This document shows positions 1 through 9,937 of a stretch of 64,000 nucleotides of DNA, piece by piece. The notes below the pieces were generated by a model. It was not told the DNA's origin. It saw nothing but the letters and a program-made list of their open reading frames with translations, and searched no databases. The stretch spans positions 17,938-81,937 of the forward strand of contig BPDA01000001.1 in the NCBI GenBank assembly GCA_019654055.1, read 5' to 3'. A program made the translations under genes and the position numbers. The first letter of the stretch is position 1. Every line of letters starts with the position of its first letter. Source of the DNA: Methanobacteriota archaeon (GTDB lineage Archaea > Thermoplasmatota > Poseidoniia > Poseidoniales > Thalassarchaeaceae).

Positions 1-850
1 GGCCCAAGCTAGGAAGAGCGCAGTCTCGCTGCCCGGCCATGTCGGGAGCCAGTGGTCCGCCATGGCCGCAGTGTTGGAGAGCCTCGGGTCGATGACGATG
101 AGCTTGGCGCCATCCATCATTCCCTCCAAGATTCGCTGCGCATGCGGGTTGAAGTAGTGCCCCGTCTCGAGATGTGAGGAGGTCAACAGGATGACCTTGG
201 CGTTGGAGTGGTCCGGACTGGGCCGGTCGTGGTGGTGCCACAGGCTGTAGCCGGTGCGGGCCCCTGCAGAGCAGATGTTGGTGTGGCTGTTGTGGCCGTC
301 GACCCCCCAGGCCTTCAGCACCCTCTCGACGTAGCCCTCGTTGCCCGGCCTGCCGACGTGGTACACCACCCGATCCTTCGCCCCGGTCTTCAGCGAGGCC
401 CGAATCTTCGCTGCGATCTCGTCCAGCGCTTGGTCCCAGTATATCCTCTCCCAGCCGCCCTCGCCTCGCTTACCGACCCTCTTCAGGGGGTAGAGTATGC
501 GTTCCGTGTCGTTGATCTGGTTGATCGTGGCGGGCCCCTTGGCACAGGTCCTGCCACGGCTCCCTGGATGGTGGGGATTACCCTCGAACTTAGTGACCTC
601 CTCAGACTCCTTGTCAACGTAGGCCAGCATACCGCAAGCCGACTCGCAGTTGAAGCAGGTTGTCGGCACCAGCGAGTACCGCCGCTCGACGCGCTTGGGC
701 CACTCGTTGGCGTCGAGCTCGACGTGGTCATGCCAGTCCTCAGGGTCCGGGAACTTGCGAAGGTCAGTGGTCTCGGGTGAGGAATACTCACGATCTAAAT
801 CGGGGATGATGCGCAGTTTCTGCGCTATCGATTCTATGAAGGTCCGCGCC
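1..850 (-). CDS. Molybdopterin (bis-MGD) oxidoreductase catalytic subunit, N-terminal part (PsrA/TtrA/PhsA-like); gene continues past window start
   Basis: Minus-strand frame is open from the ATG at 850..848 to the window edge; that is why it is absent from the ORF track. Translation MARTFIESIAQKLRIIPDLDREY...LVPTTCFNCESACGMLAYVDKE...VVYHVGRPGNEGY...VILLTSSHLETGHYFNPHAQRI shows the N-terminal Cys-cluster 4Fe-4S motif and MGD-binding stretches. No RRxFLK twin-arginine motif is visible. Confidence 0.75.
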
Positions 851-862
851 ATCTAATTCACC

Positions 863-1606
863 TCAGTGCAGGGTCTCCAGCTGCGGTTTAATCACCGTGC
901 CGTGGGCATGACTGGCGACCACGGCCATCAGGATGGCGAAGACAAGCATCGACAGGATGCCGGGCGACGCCATCAGGAGCACGCCGCCAGCCCCGACCAC
1001 AACCATCTCGAAGATCATCTTGGCCTCGAGGAGGCCGTCCTCGGACCACGAGCGACCGCGAGCCTGCTTCAGCAGCCAGGCGGTGTAGACTCCAGTGAGC
1101 AGGGCCAGTGGGACTCCTGCGTAAGCCAGATACTCCAGATAGATTCGATCGAGGCCGAACAGCAGCACTGCCCCGCTGCAGGCCAGCACCCCTCCGAATC
1201 CCCCTAGCAGGTAGGCGCCCTTGACCAGCCACGAGTCCCAGTTCGGGCGCAGCATCACGTAGACGAAGCGCTCGGGACGGTCGAGGTCGAGGATTAGGAG
1301 GACCCCGGTCAGCCCGAGGAAGGCCGTGCAGCCGATGACCAGCCGCCACCACATCCCGTCAGTCATCTCCAGCATGCCAGAGAGCATCAAAGCCATCGCC
1401 AGCATGTAGGTCCCAGTTGCGATGGCCTTGGTCACCACGTACGCGGAGACCTCCCAGCCCCAGAGCACCCCCTTGGACGGCTGGTCGTACAAGCGCTTCG
1501 GCTTGCCCGCCTCCTCCTCCAGCCTCGACATAACGTCGTGGATGATTGCCCTGTCTCTTGGGGCGGCCGCCTTGGCCTTCTTCTCTAAGGCCAGTTGGAC
1601 TATCAT
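863..1606 (-). CDS. NrfD/PsrC-like integral membrane subunit of the Mo oxidoreductase (start uncertain, possibly up to ~1690)
   Basis: C-terminal 248 aa of ORF 863..2227 carries about 6 predicted TM helices and the NrfD-type loop LILDLDRPERFVYVMLRPNWDSWLVKGAYLLGG. The upstream ~200 aa of that ORF is S/T/P-rich off-frame overlap with the Fe-S gene. Confidence 0.55.
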   Translation of the reverse strand: MIVQLALEKKAKAAAPRDRAIIHDVMSRLEEEAGKPKRLYDQPSKGVLWGWEVSAYVVTKAIATGTYMLAMALMLSGMLEMTDGMWWRLVIGCTAFLGLTGVLLILDLDRPERFVYVMLRPNWDSWLVKGAYLLGGFGGVLACSGAVLLFGLDRIYLEYLAYAGVPLALLTGVYTAWLLKQARGRSWSEDGLLEAKMIFEMVVVGAGGVLLMASPGILSMLVFAILMAVVASHAHGTVIKPQLETLH

Positions 1607-1691
1607 CGAGTGGGTGTCGGCGGCGCCGGATCTCTGCTCGGCGTACTTGGCGAAGTGGCCTACGCCCGCAGCCTGGTCTGTCCACAGGTAC

Positions 1692-2277
1692 TCACCGGAG
1701 CGCTCGGTCGGGATGAGGGTCGAGACTATCTTCACTGGTCTCGACATAGAACACGTTCGGCTTGGCGCCGGACTCGGGCTTGCGCACGATGGTCTCGTGC
1801 TCGTTGAGGTAGCCGGAGATTGACGAGTTAGGGTCATCGAGGTCGCCGGAGATGATGGCCTCGACAGGGCAGACGACGACGCAGGACGGCTCGTAGGAGT
1901 GCTCAATTCGGTGGGCGCAGTAGTTGCACTTAGCCGCAGTACCTTTGTTCGGGTCGATGTACAGGGCATCGTAGGGGCAGGCCTGCATGCAGGACTTGCA
2001 TCCGATGCAGCGATCATCGTCGAAATCGACGATGCCGTCCTCGCGGGTGAACAGCGCTGTGGTGGGGCAGATCGTCGTGCAGGGAGAATCCTCGCAGTGG
2101 TTGCAGCGGTGGACGCTGAACTCCCTAGTGACATCGGGATAGGTACCCTTCTCGATGTACTTGACGTGGGTCCGGTTGACTCCGATTGGGACATCATGCT
2201 CGGACTTGCAGGCGACCGTGCAGGCATGGCAGCCGATACACTTCCTGTTGTCTATCACGAAGCCGTAATTGACCATG
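1692..2277 (-). CDS. 4Fe-4S ferredoxin-type electron-transfer subunit (PsrB/TtrB/NrfC-like)
   Basis: MVNYGFVIDNRKCIGCHACTVACKSEHDVPIGVNRTHVKY...CNHCEDSPCTTICPTTALF...CIGCKSCMQACPYDALYID...CNYCAHRIEHSYEPSCVVVCP, four CxxCxxC(xxxCP) clusters. ATG at 2277..2275. Confidence 0.8.
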
Positions 2278-3497
2278 GTCCGCCCTCTATGAGGGCGGAC
2301 AGGCCCTTTCGGCAAATGAGCCTTCTCCAACCACATACAAGCAGGCTTACTATGCCTAAAGCTCACTATCCAGGTTCCTATGCTAGATCCAATGTTCCCC
2401 AACATTGTCACTAGAAGCACCTTCCCGACCTTGTTCCTCCAGAATAGGGAGGCGCTGTCCAATGCAAGGAATTCCTGTGCGTCCCTACCGGTGGGAGCGA
2501 CGACCTTCAGCTGCGTGTATCCAGCGAACCAACCCGCTGCGAGAGTCGGGTTCAGGGACGTAATCGGTGAAGCCACAGACCCGACCAGAATCGAGAGAGG
2601 ATGCCCTCTAGCGAGCAGGACGCCTAAACCAGTCAAGCTCGCATTGACGACTAACCATGCCGCAGCTGTCTGCTTTAGAGCATCCATTTTTCCCGTGTAA
2701 CCCATCCAAGCCACCGCACCTAGGAGGAACAGAGGTATGGCGATCATCAGCACCTTGGGCCAGATTGATTTTCCGGGTTCCTCGCTGAGCTCCTTGAGTC
2801 TAGAGGCGGACTCCATCGCTGGTTCTGACAATTGATCCTGAACTCCCTCTAGGTGACCAGCCCCGATTACGGCGAGCACCTTGCCCCTGCCCCTGATCTG
2901 CTGTATCCTGCCTGCTAGGAAAGCATCCCTCTCGTCTATCAGAACGGAGCCGGCCGCCGGCGCCACCTCTCGAGCCTCCTCCATCAGGTTGCTGAGCATG
3001 TCCGAGTCCTCGAGCAACTCCTCTATCGAGGCCTCCTCCTCGTCGTCCTCCTGCCACAGTAAGGCGTCCAGGACCCGGAACTTCTCTCTGAAACCCATCT
3101 TCGACCAGGCCCTCCTGAGGGTTATCACGACATCCCTGTCGATCAGTTCCACCGGGACTCCCGCCTCGTCGGCAGCCTCGATTGCAGCCAGCAGCTCCGC
3201 CCCGGGCTTCTCGCCTGAGGCGATGCCCATACGACGCTGCTCGGCGGCCAGCGCCGACTGCAGCAGGATCATGTGCGACCTACCCTCATTGAGGATTTTC
3301 AGCAGGTCCTCGTTGTCCAGCCCGTCCGGCTCCAGTAACGCTGCCTTGCGTGACTCGCACAGCTCCACTGCGACCAAGTCCGGCCGCCACTCCGCGATCT
3401 GCTGGCGTACTAGCTCGACGGAGACACTACTGACGTGGGCGGTGCCGACCAGCCTCAGCCCATCGTCTATGTCGACGACGTTCCTCTGAGCTCCCAT
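2278..3497 (-). CDS. TraB/PrgY/GumN-family protein, in frame with the downstream Fe-S subunit gene (no stop codon between them)
   Basis: MGAQRNVVDIDDGLRLVGTAHVSSVSVELVRQQIAEWRPDLVAVELCESRKAALL... is TraB-family-like, with a C-terminal hydrophobic region. The ORF 1692..3497 continues without a stop into the ferredoxin-type subunit. Confidence 0.6.
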
Positions 3498-4384
3498 CAG
3501 CCGACCTCCAATGCTCTCATCGCCGAGTACAGGTCGGCGTGTTCGGCGACGTCGTGCACCCTGATGACGTCGACGCCCAGGTCAATTGCCCTAGCAGCGA
3601 TGCCAAGGCTCCCAGCCAATCGGTCAGAGGTGTCCTTTCGTCCTAGCAGGTGGTGAAACATTGACTTGCGGCTGACCCCCCAGAGCAGCGGCATCCGTTC
3701 GTCGGGGACGACCAATCGCCCGGCCGAGAGCAGCGCTAGGTTGTGCTCAAGCCTCTTGCCGAAGCCGATTCCCGGGTCCGCGATAACCACGCTCGGGTCG
3801 ACGCCGACCTCGAACAGACTCGTTGCAGCCACCTCCAAGACGCCCCTGATCTCGGCCACGATGTCGTGGTAGGTGGGGCTGTCCTGCATGTTCTCTGGGA
3901 GCCCCTGCATGTGCATGATGCAGATGGGGCAGCCGCGCTGCGCGACCAAACCGGTCATCAGCGGGTCGGATAGCGCGGAGACGTCATTGACCATGTCGGC
4001 ACCTGCGTCTAGAGCGGCAGCGGCGACACTCGCCCTGCGGGTGTCAATCGATATGCAGACGTCGGGAATCGCCTCCCTCACGGCCTCGACGGCTGGAATC
4101 GCCCTGCCCGCCTCCTCTTCTGGGTCTACTGGGGAGGCTCCAGGACGGGTCGACTCGGCGCCGATGTCTATCCAGTCAGCGCCGTCATCCACCATTCGGC
4201 GAGCTCTCTCGACGGCCAACTCGAGGGAATCTACCCTAGAGTCAGCGTGGAACGAGTCTGGAGTGAGGTTCAGAACCCCCATAATCCGCGGAATACCGTC
4301 GTTTCGGCGGTTCAGCATAGGTCGCCAGTCGGCCATCTTCGCACACCCATCCGACGCATGCTTTATGATGTGACGGAGGAGCAA
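3497..4384 (-). CDS. folP: Dihydropteroate synthase
   Basis: MGVLNLTPDSFHADSRVDSLELAVERARRMVDDGADWIDIGAESTRPGA...ISIDTRRASVAAAALDAGADMVNDVSAL...VVIADPGIGFGKRLEHNLALL...IRVHDV are the DHPS pterin-binding motifs. The true start is probably an internal ATG (MADW.../MGVLNL...). The stop overlaps the traB ATG (TGATG). Confidence 0.85.
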   Translation of the reverse strand: MLLRHIIKHASDGCAKMADWRPMLNRRNDGIPRIMGVLNLTPDSFHADSRVDSLELAVERARRMVDDGADWIDIGAESTRPGASPVDPEEEAGRAIPAVEAVREAIPDVCISIDTRRASVAAAALDAGADMVNDVSALSDPLMTGLVAQRGCPICIMHMQGLPENMQDSPTYHDIVAEIRGVLEVAATSLFEVGVDPSVVIADPGIGFGKRLEHNLALLSAGRLVVPDERMPLLWGVSRKSMFHHLLGRKDTSDRLAGSLGIAARAIDLGVDVIRVHDVAEHADLYSAMRALEVG

Positions 4385-4391
4385 TCCCTCG

Positions 4392-5060
4392 ATGGTACTG
4401 GGAGAAGACTCGCATGAAGAAGCGGCATCCGCTCCCGCGCCCGCTGCTGTAGCAGCGGAAATCGATGACGCCCCATCGGCCTACAATGTCGAGATGATGG
4501 AGTCCATCGTGCAGCGACTCAGGCCCGAGGACAGGCACCAGATACGCGACATGATATCAGAGAGAGGGAGGATGTCGGGGGCCCTCGGAATCGCCTGCTT
4601 CCTGTTTTGGTGGGTGGCGGTCCACATGGGGGGGGATTCGTTGGGCGACTCGGACCTGCCCGCATCCCTCATCGGCGACTTCAGCTACTATCACCTCAGC
4701 CTCGTGGTTCCTGGGGTGACGCTCGTCGCCACCATCCTACTGACTATGGGCAGGGAAAAGGGCCAGTCGCTCACCTCCAACGCCGGGGGGGTGCTGGCCG
4801 TGATGGCACTGTTCCTAGTTGTCGAGCCCATCGGTAGGATGGCGCTGCTGGGCGACTTGGACACCCAGACCGCCCTGACGGCTTCGGGAAGGTTGGCGAT
4901 TATCGCCGCCCTGATCCACATGGCCACCAAGATGATGGTGGATTCCATACTTCTCGAGTGGGTCCGAGGCTTCATGATGAGCAGTGACATCGACGTGCTT
5001 CCCGAGAGACAGGACCCAATCATCGAGGGTCATGCTGATGAGGCACCCCCTCTCGTCTGA
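4392..5060 (+). CDS. Hypothetical membrane protein (about 4 TM helices, acidic N-terminus)
   Basis: 222-aa ORF with coding-like codon usage; hydrophobic segments ALGIACFLFWWVAVHMGG, LSLVVPGVTLVATILLTMG, GVLAVMALFLVVEPIG, LAIIAALIHMATKMM. No recognisable family. Confidence 0.45.
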   Translation: MVLGEDSHEEAASAPAPAAVAAEIDDAPSAYNVEMMESIVQRLRPEDRHQIRDMISERGRMSGALGIACFLFWWVAVHMGGDSLGDSDLPASLIGDFSYYHLSLVVPGVTLVATILLTMGREKGQSLTSNAGGVLAVMALFLVVEPIGRMALLGDLDTQTALTASGRLAIIAALIHMATKMMVDSILLEWVRGFMMSSDIDVLPERQDPIIEGHADEAPPLV

Positions 5061-5613
5061 GCGCGTGACCGAAGCCCCCAGACCCAGGATATCCGTGCTC
5101 AGGCTCGGCCACCGGCGCGAGCGTGACAAGCGGATTACGTCGCACCTCGGGCTGACCGCCCGTGCCTTCGGGGCTGACGAGGTCATACTTTCTGGTGAAG
5201 AGGACCCTTCGGCCATAGAGACTTGGAACTCGGTGACAGAGAGGTTCGGCGGTGACTTCGAGTGCCGCTACGAGGCCAAGCCCATGAGTTGGCTGCGACG
5301 GTTCTCGAAGGGCGGCACGGTGATCCACCTGACGATGTACGGGGAGCCCTGGAGGGAGGCCGTCGACGACATCCCTCTAGATGCACCCGCTACCGTCGTC
5401 GTCGGCGGGACCAAGGTGCCAGGTGAGTTGTTCAAGCTAGCCGACCACAACATCTCGATAGGCAACCAGCCTCACTCCGAGGTCGCCGCCCTAGCGGTCT
5501 TCCTCGAGTCGTGGGTAGGCCCTCTCGACGAGTCCGAAAGGTTCGTCGGAGGGGAGATCGAGGTGGTCCCCAGCGAGCGTGCCAAGAGAGTCAGAAACCA
5601 CTCTGGCGAGTGA
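5032..5613 (+). CDS. tRNA (cytidine56-2'-O)-methyltransferase aTrm56 (SPOUT family)
   Basis: ISVLRLGHRRERDKRITSHLGLTARAFGADEVILSGEED...IHLTMYGEP...ISIGNQPHSEVAALAVFLE matches the aTrm56 signatures LRLGHRxERDKRxTTHVALTARAFGA and IGNQPHSEVAALAV. The start may be ATG 5032 (overlapping the upstream gene) or a GTG near 5064. Confidence 0.7.
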   Translation: MLMRHPLSSERVTEAPRPRISVLRLGHRRERDKRITSHLGLTARAFGADEVILSGEEDPSAIETWNSVTERFGGDFECRYEAKPMSWLRRFSKGGTVIHLTMYGEPWREAVDDIPLDAPATVVVGGTKVPGELFKLADHNISIGNQPHSEVAALAVFLESWVGPLDESERFVGGEIEVVPSERAKRVRNHSGE

Positions 5614-5647
5614 GTCCCGGAAGCCCCGGGCGCCCATTTCATTCTCA

Positions 5648-7013
5648 ATGATTAAGAGGGGTACTCCAGCAGGATTGCTGATGTCGGGTACGGCACCGTC
5701 GCGGGGCTTTGTCCCCGGCGCTGGCGTACCGGGGGTGAATAATCCCCCTTCCTTCGCCGATGCTGCCGACTCACTGCTCGAGCCAGCAGAGCGTCAGCAG
5801 GCCAGCGGCGAGTCCGGGCTGCTGCTGCTGGCTGATGGCACCAGCTACGAGGGCAGGCTGTTCGGTTCCGAGGGCATAGCGCAGGGTGAATTGGTGTTCA
5901 CCACCGGCATGTGCGGCTATCAAGAGAGCCTGACCGACCCGTCCTTCGCAGGACAGGTCCTGACATTCACGTGGCCCCTGCTGGGCAACTACGGCATACT
6001 CCCTGGAATCTCCGAGTCCTCAGGAGTCCACCCGCGTGGCGTCGTGTGCAAGGAGCTGATGAAGGTCCCCGACCACCGTGACTCGGTTGGCAGCGTGCAC
6101 GATTTCCTCGCAGCTCACGGCGTCCCCGGAATCGAGGGGGTCGATACACGCTCTCTTACTCGCAGGGTGCGCGAGCACGGAACAGTACTGTGCGTCTTCG
6201 GCCCCAAGGACCGGGCTGCCGAGATGAAGCAGACACTGAGGGAGATGACCCCACCCGACGCCGACGACCTAGTGGCCTCGGTGACCCGAGGGGATGCCGT
6301 ACTGCTCAACCCCGGAGGCTCAGGACGGCGACGGCAACCCACTGCCCCGACTCGCTGCACTGGATTGCGGAATCAAGCACAACATCCTGCGCGAGCTTTG
6401 CCAGCGCTTCGAGGTCGTCTGGTGCCCCGCTTCCATGCCCTTCGACGAGATCGTCTCCGAATGGCGGCCAGACGCCCTGTTCGCATCCAACGGCCCGGGC
6501 GACCCCGCCCATCCCGGCGATGCCACCTCGGCGCGAGAGTCGCTTGCAGCCGCCGTGCGCGCGGACATGCCGGTGATGGGAATCTGCCTCGGCCATCAAC
6601 TGATGGGCCTTGCAGCGGGCCTGCGCACCTACAAGTTGCGGTACGGCCACAGAGGGGCCAACCAGCCCGTGGTAGACCTGCGCACGGGCAAGGTCAACAT
6701 CACCAGCCAGAACCACGGCTTCGCCGTCGAGGACCCGGACAAGGGTATGCTAGCACCGCACCCCAGCGGAGCCCACTCCGACACCGGCGAGAACGCTCTG
6801 GAGGCGGACTTCGAGGTTCGCCACATCAACGCCAACGACCGAACCGTGGAAGGCCTCGACTTGGTCGGCAAGCCCGCCTTCACCATCCAGTTCCACCCCG
6901 AGGCCTGCCCTGGCCCCCACGACGCCTCGCCGCTGTTCGACCGCTTCTCCGAGATGGTGGCTGAGCATCTTGCAGGCGGCCAGAGGGCCGTGGTCAAGGG
7001 AGGTGATAGCTGA
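5648..7013 (+). CDS. carA: Carbamoyl-phosphate synthase small subunit, interrupted by an apparent 1-nt frameshift near 6303-6312
   Basis: N-domain in the frame of ORF 5579 (LLLLADGTSYEGRLFGSEGIAQGELVFTTGMCGYQESLTDPSFAGQVLTFTWPLLGNYG...). Glutamine amidotransferase domain in the frame of ORF 6294 (RLAALDCGIKHNILREL...SNGPGDP...GICLGHQLM...QFHPEA). The switch lies inside aaccccggaggctcag. There is a ~50-aa N-terminal extension. Confidence 0.8.
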
Positions 7014-9937
7014 TGCCGAGGCGCGAGGACATCAGTAAGGTGGTCATCTTGGGCAGCGGGCCGATTCGAATCGGCCAAGCAGCCGAGTTCGACTTCTCGG
7101 GCTCGCAGGCCTGCAGAGCCCTACGGGCGGACGGTTACGAGGTCGTCCTAATCAACTCCAACCCAGCGACCATACAGAACGACCCCGAGATGGCCGACCG
7201 GATCTACATCGAGCCGCTGCTGCCCGAGGTGGTCAAGCGCATAATGGAGCTTGAGAAGCCCGATGCTCTGCTGGCAGGGATGGGTGGGCAGACCGCGCTA
7301 AACATCGCCGCAGCCCTAGCCCATGACGGCTCTCTCGACGAACTGGGCGTCGAACTCATTGGCTGCAACCTCACGGCCATCGAGGAGGCTGAGGACCGCG
7401 ACCTGTTCAAGAAGGTCTGCGAGGAGATCGACCTGCCGGTGTGCAAGGCGATAGCCTGCGACTCGATAGAGCAGGTGCTGGAGTCCGTAGACCAACTCGG
7501 CGGATTTCCCCTACTAATCAGGCCGGCATTCACCCTCGGCGGATTGGGTGGAGGTACCGCGTACAACACCGGTGAACTGGTCGAGATAGCCAGTCAGGGC
7601 ATCCTGCACTCCGCGATAGGGCAGGTGCTGATCGAGGAGAGCATACTGGGCTGGCAGGAGCACGAGTATGAGGTGATGCGAGATGACGCCGACAACGCCA
7701 TCATCGTGTGCACCATGGAAAACCTCGACCCTATGGGTGTCCACACCGGCGAGTCCGTGGTGGTAGCCCCCCAGCAGACGCTCTCCGACCGGGACCACCA
7801 GGTCCTGCGCGACGCTGCGCTCAAGCTGATCAGGAGGCTGAACATCAGAGGAGGGTGCAACGTGCAGTTCGCAGTCGAGCAGTCCACCGGCGAGTACCGC
7901 GTCATCGAGGTCAACCCCCGAGTCTCCCGCTCCTCCGCCCTCGCATCGAAGGCCACCGGGTATCCGATCGCCCGGATGGCGGCCCTCATCGCAGTCGGTT
8001 ACACGCTCGATGAGCTGCCGAATCCAATAACCGGCGAGGGCACCACTGCCGCCTTTGAGCCGACCCTAGACTACTGTGTGGTCAAGATACCTCGCTGGCC
8101 CTTCGACAAGTTCCGCACAGCCGACCGCACGATCGGCACCTCGATGAAGTCCACCGGCGAAGTGATGGCGATAGGCCGCGGCTTCGAGGAGGCCTTCCTC
8201 AAGGCATGGTCGAGCCTTGAGTATGGACAGCCCCACCCCAGACCTCTGACCATGGCAGACGCATCAGGCGGCGAGTCGATGGATGAGCGAGCCTTCGAAC
8301 CACTCCCCGAGGCCCTTCTAGAGGATTGGCTTAGGGTACCTAGCGACAGGCGCATGGGAGCCCTGTTCGAGGCCTTCCGCCGTGGCTACACCACAGAGGA
8401 CGTGCGCGACATGACAGGAGGGGTCACGCGCTGGTTCCTGCACCGGTTTGAGAACATGGCCGCCATCGAGACCGAGATACGCGCGGCTGGCGAGATCGGC
8501 CTCAATCCGGCTGATGTGCCGGAGGAGGAGATGAGGATGTGGAAGGGCGCCGGCTTCACTGATTTACACATCGCCGACGCGCTGGCCGGCTTCCCAGCCA
8601 GCGGGTTCAAGCTCCTGTCCGAAGGCTCCGACGAGTTCGCAGTCACCCTAAGGCGCCACCAGCTCGGAGTGCATCCAGTGTTCAGGATGGTTGACTCGTG
8701 CGCAGCCGAGTTCGCTGCTGTCACCCCGTACTACTACACCACCTACGAGGGAGGCTCGGCATCGGGCGGAATCGACTACGTGCCCGGACTCGAAGAGTCA
8801 CTAAAGCAGAGGATTGTGGTCATCGGCTCGGGTCCGATACGGATAGGTCAGGGAATCGAATTCGACTACGGCTGCGTCCACGCGGTCGGCGCCATCCGCG
8901 AACTCGGCCACGAGGCCATCATCATCAACAACAACCCTGAAACCGTCTCCACTGATTTCGACACGAGTGACAGGCTATACTTCGACCCACTAACGCTCGA
9001 GGCCGTCTCCGAGATACTCCTCAGAGAGAGGGCCCACGGCATCCTGCTACAGTTCGGCGGGCAGACCGCCATCAACCTCGCACTACCCCTCTCGGACAGC
9101 CTCACACACCTCTCGACCCTCGGGCTTCACCTGGTCATGGAGGGCACTTCTCCCGATGCGATTGACGAGGCCAGCGACCGCGAGCGCTTCGAGGAGTTCG
9201 CCGCCCGAAATGGTCTGAGGATGCCGAGGGGGTCGACGGCGACCACGCCGGATGAGGTCAGGCAGGCCGCCCATGAGATCGGCTATCCTGTGTTGATTCG
9301 CCCCTCCTACGTATTGGGAGGAAGGGGGATGGAGATACTCTCGAACGACAAGCAGTTGGAGGCCTACATGGAGGAGGCGTTCCTCGCCCCCGACCGCCCG
9401 CTGCTGATTGACGAGTACCTCGGCAACGCGATTGAGCTTGACGTAGACGCGGTGTGCGACGGCGAGGAGGTGCTAGTGGGCGCCATAATGGAGCACCTCG
9501 AGGAGGCAGGTATACACTCAGGCGACTCGACCTGCTTTATCCCACCGCAGAACATCCCCGAGCACGTCCTCGCAGAGGTCGAGGATTGGACCAGAAAGAT
9601 CGGCATCGAACTAGGCATCAGGGGCTGCTACAACATCCAGTTCGCCATCCGCGATGAGGTCCTGCATGTGCTCGAGGTCAACCCGAGAGGCTCGCGCACC
9701 TTCCCGTTCGTGGCCAAGGCGACCGGTGTGCCGCTGGCTAGGATCGCCGCTAGGCTCGCGCTGGGAGAGAAGCTCAGCGAGCTCAACGTACCGGAGCCGC
9801 AGACCGATGCGGTCTGCGTCAAGGCACCCGTGTTCCCTTTCATCAAGTTGCGAGGCCTCGACCCAGCGCCTGGCCCGGAGATGAAGTCCACAGGTGAGGT
9901 GATGGGTTCGCATGCGAGGCCGGCCGCCCCTCCCTGA
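7013..9937 (+). CDS. carB: Carbamoyl-phosphate synthase large subunit (two ATP-grasp halves; C-terminal MGS-like allosteric domain missing from the intact ORF)
   Basis: 974-aa ORF MPRREDISKVVILGSGPIRIGQAAEFDFSGSQACRALRADGYEVVLINSNPATI..., the second half-repeat RIVVIGSGPIRIGQGIEFDYGCVHAV..., and both MKSTGEVM motifs. The ORF stops about 18 codons after the second MKSTGEVMG. carA and carB overlap ATGA-style at 7013. Confidence 0.9.
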   Translation: MPRREDISKVVILGSGPIRIGQAAEFDFSGSQACRALRADGYEVVLINSNPATIQNDPEMADRIYIEPLLPEVVKRIMELEKPDALLAGMGGQTALNIAAALAHDGSLDELGVELIGCNLTAIEEAEDRDLFKKVCEEIDLPVCKAIACDSIEQVLESVDQLGGFPLLIRPAFTLGGLGGGTAYNTGELVEIASQGILHSAIGQVLIEESILGWQEHEYEVMRDDADNAIIVCTMENLDPMGVHTGESVVVAPQQTLSDRDHQVLRDAALKLIRRLNIRGGCNVQFAVEQSTGEYRVIEVNPRVSRSSALASKATGYPIARMAALIAVGYTLDELPNPITGEGTTAAFEPTLDYCVVKIPRWPFDKFRTADRTIGTSMKSTGEVMAIGRGFEEAFLKAWSSLEYGQPHPRPLTMADASGGESMDERAFEPLPEALLEDWLRVPSDRRMGALFEAFRRGYTTEDVRDMTGGVTRWFLHRFENMAAIETEIRAAGEIGLNPADVPEEEMRMWKGAGFTDLHIADALAGFPASGFKLLSEGSDEFAVTLRRHQLGVHPVFRMVDSCAAEFAAVTPYYYTTYEGGSASGGIDYVPGLEESLKQRIVVIGSGPIRIGQGIEFDYGCVHAVGAIRELGHEAIIINNNPETVSTDFDTSDRLYFDPLTLEAVSEILLRERAHGILLQFGGQTAINLALPLSDSLTHLSTLGLHLVMEGTSPDAIDEASDRERFEEFAARNGLRMPRGSTATTPDEVRQAAHEIGYPVLIRPSYVLGGRGMEILSNDKQLEAYMEEAFLAPDRPLLIDEYLGNAIELDVDAVCDGEEVLVGAIMEHLEEAGIHSGDSTCFIPPQNIPEHVLAEVEDWTRKIGIELGIRGCYNIQFAIRDEVLHVLEVNPRGSRTFPFVAKATGVPLARIAARLALGEKLSELNVPEPQTDAVCVKAPVFPFIKLRGLDPAPGPEMKSTGEVMGSHARPAAPP

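Noticed and set aside
1606-2227. N-terminal ~200 aa of ORF 863..2227 (S/T/P/A-rich)
   Set aside because: Same-strand, off-frame overlap with the well-supported Fe-S subunit gene. The composition is typical of a wrong frame in GC-rich DNA. The real membrane-subunit start is downstream.
5579-5647. First 23 codons of the carA ORF
   Set aside because: They overlap the aTrm56 3' end. The likely carA start is an internal ATG at 5648 or 5681.
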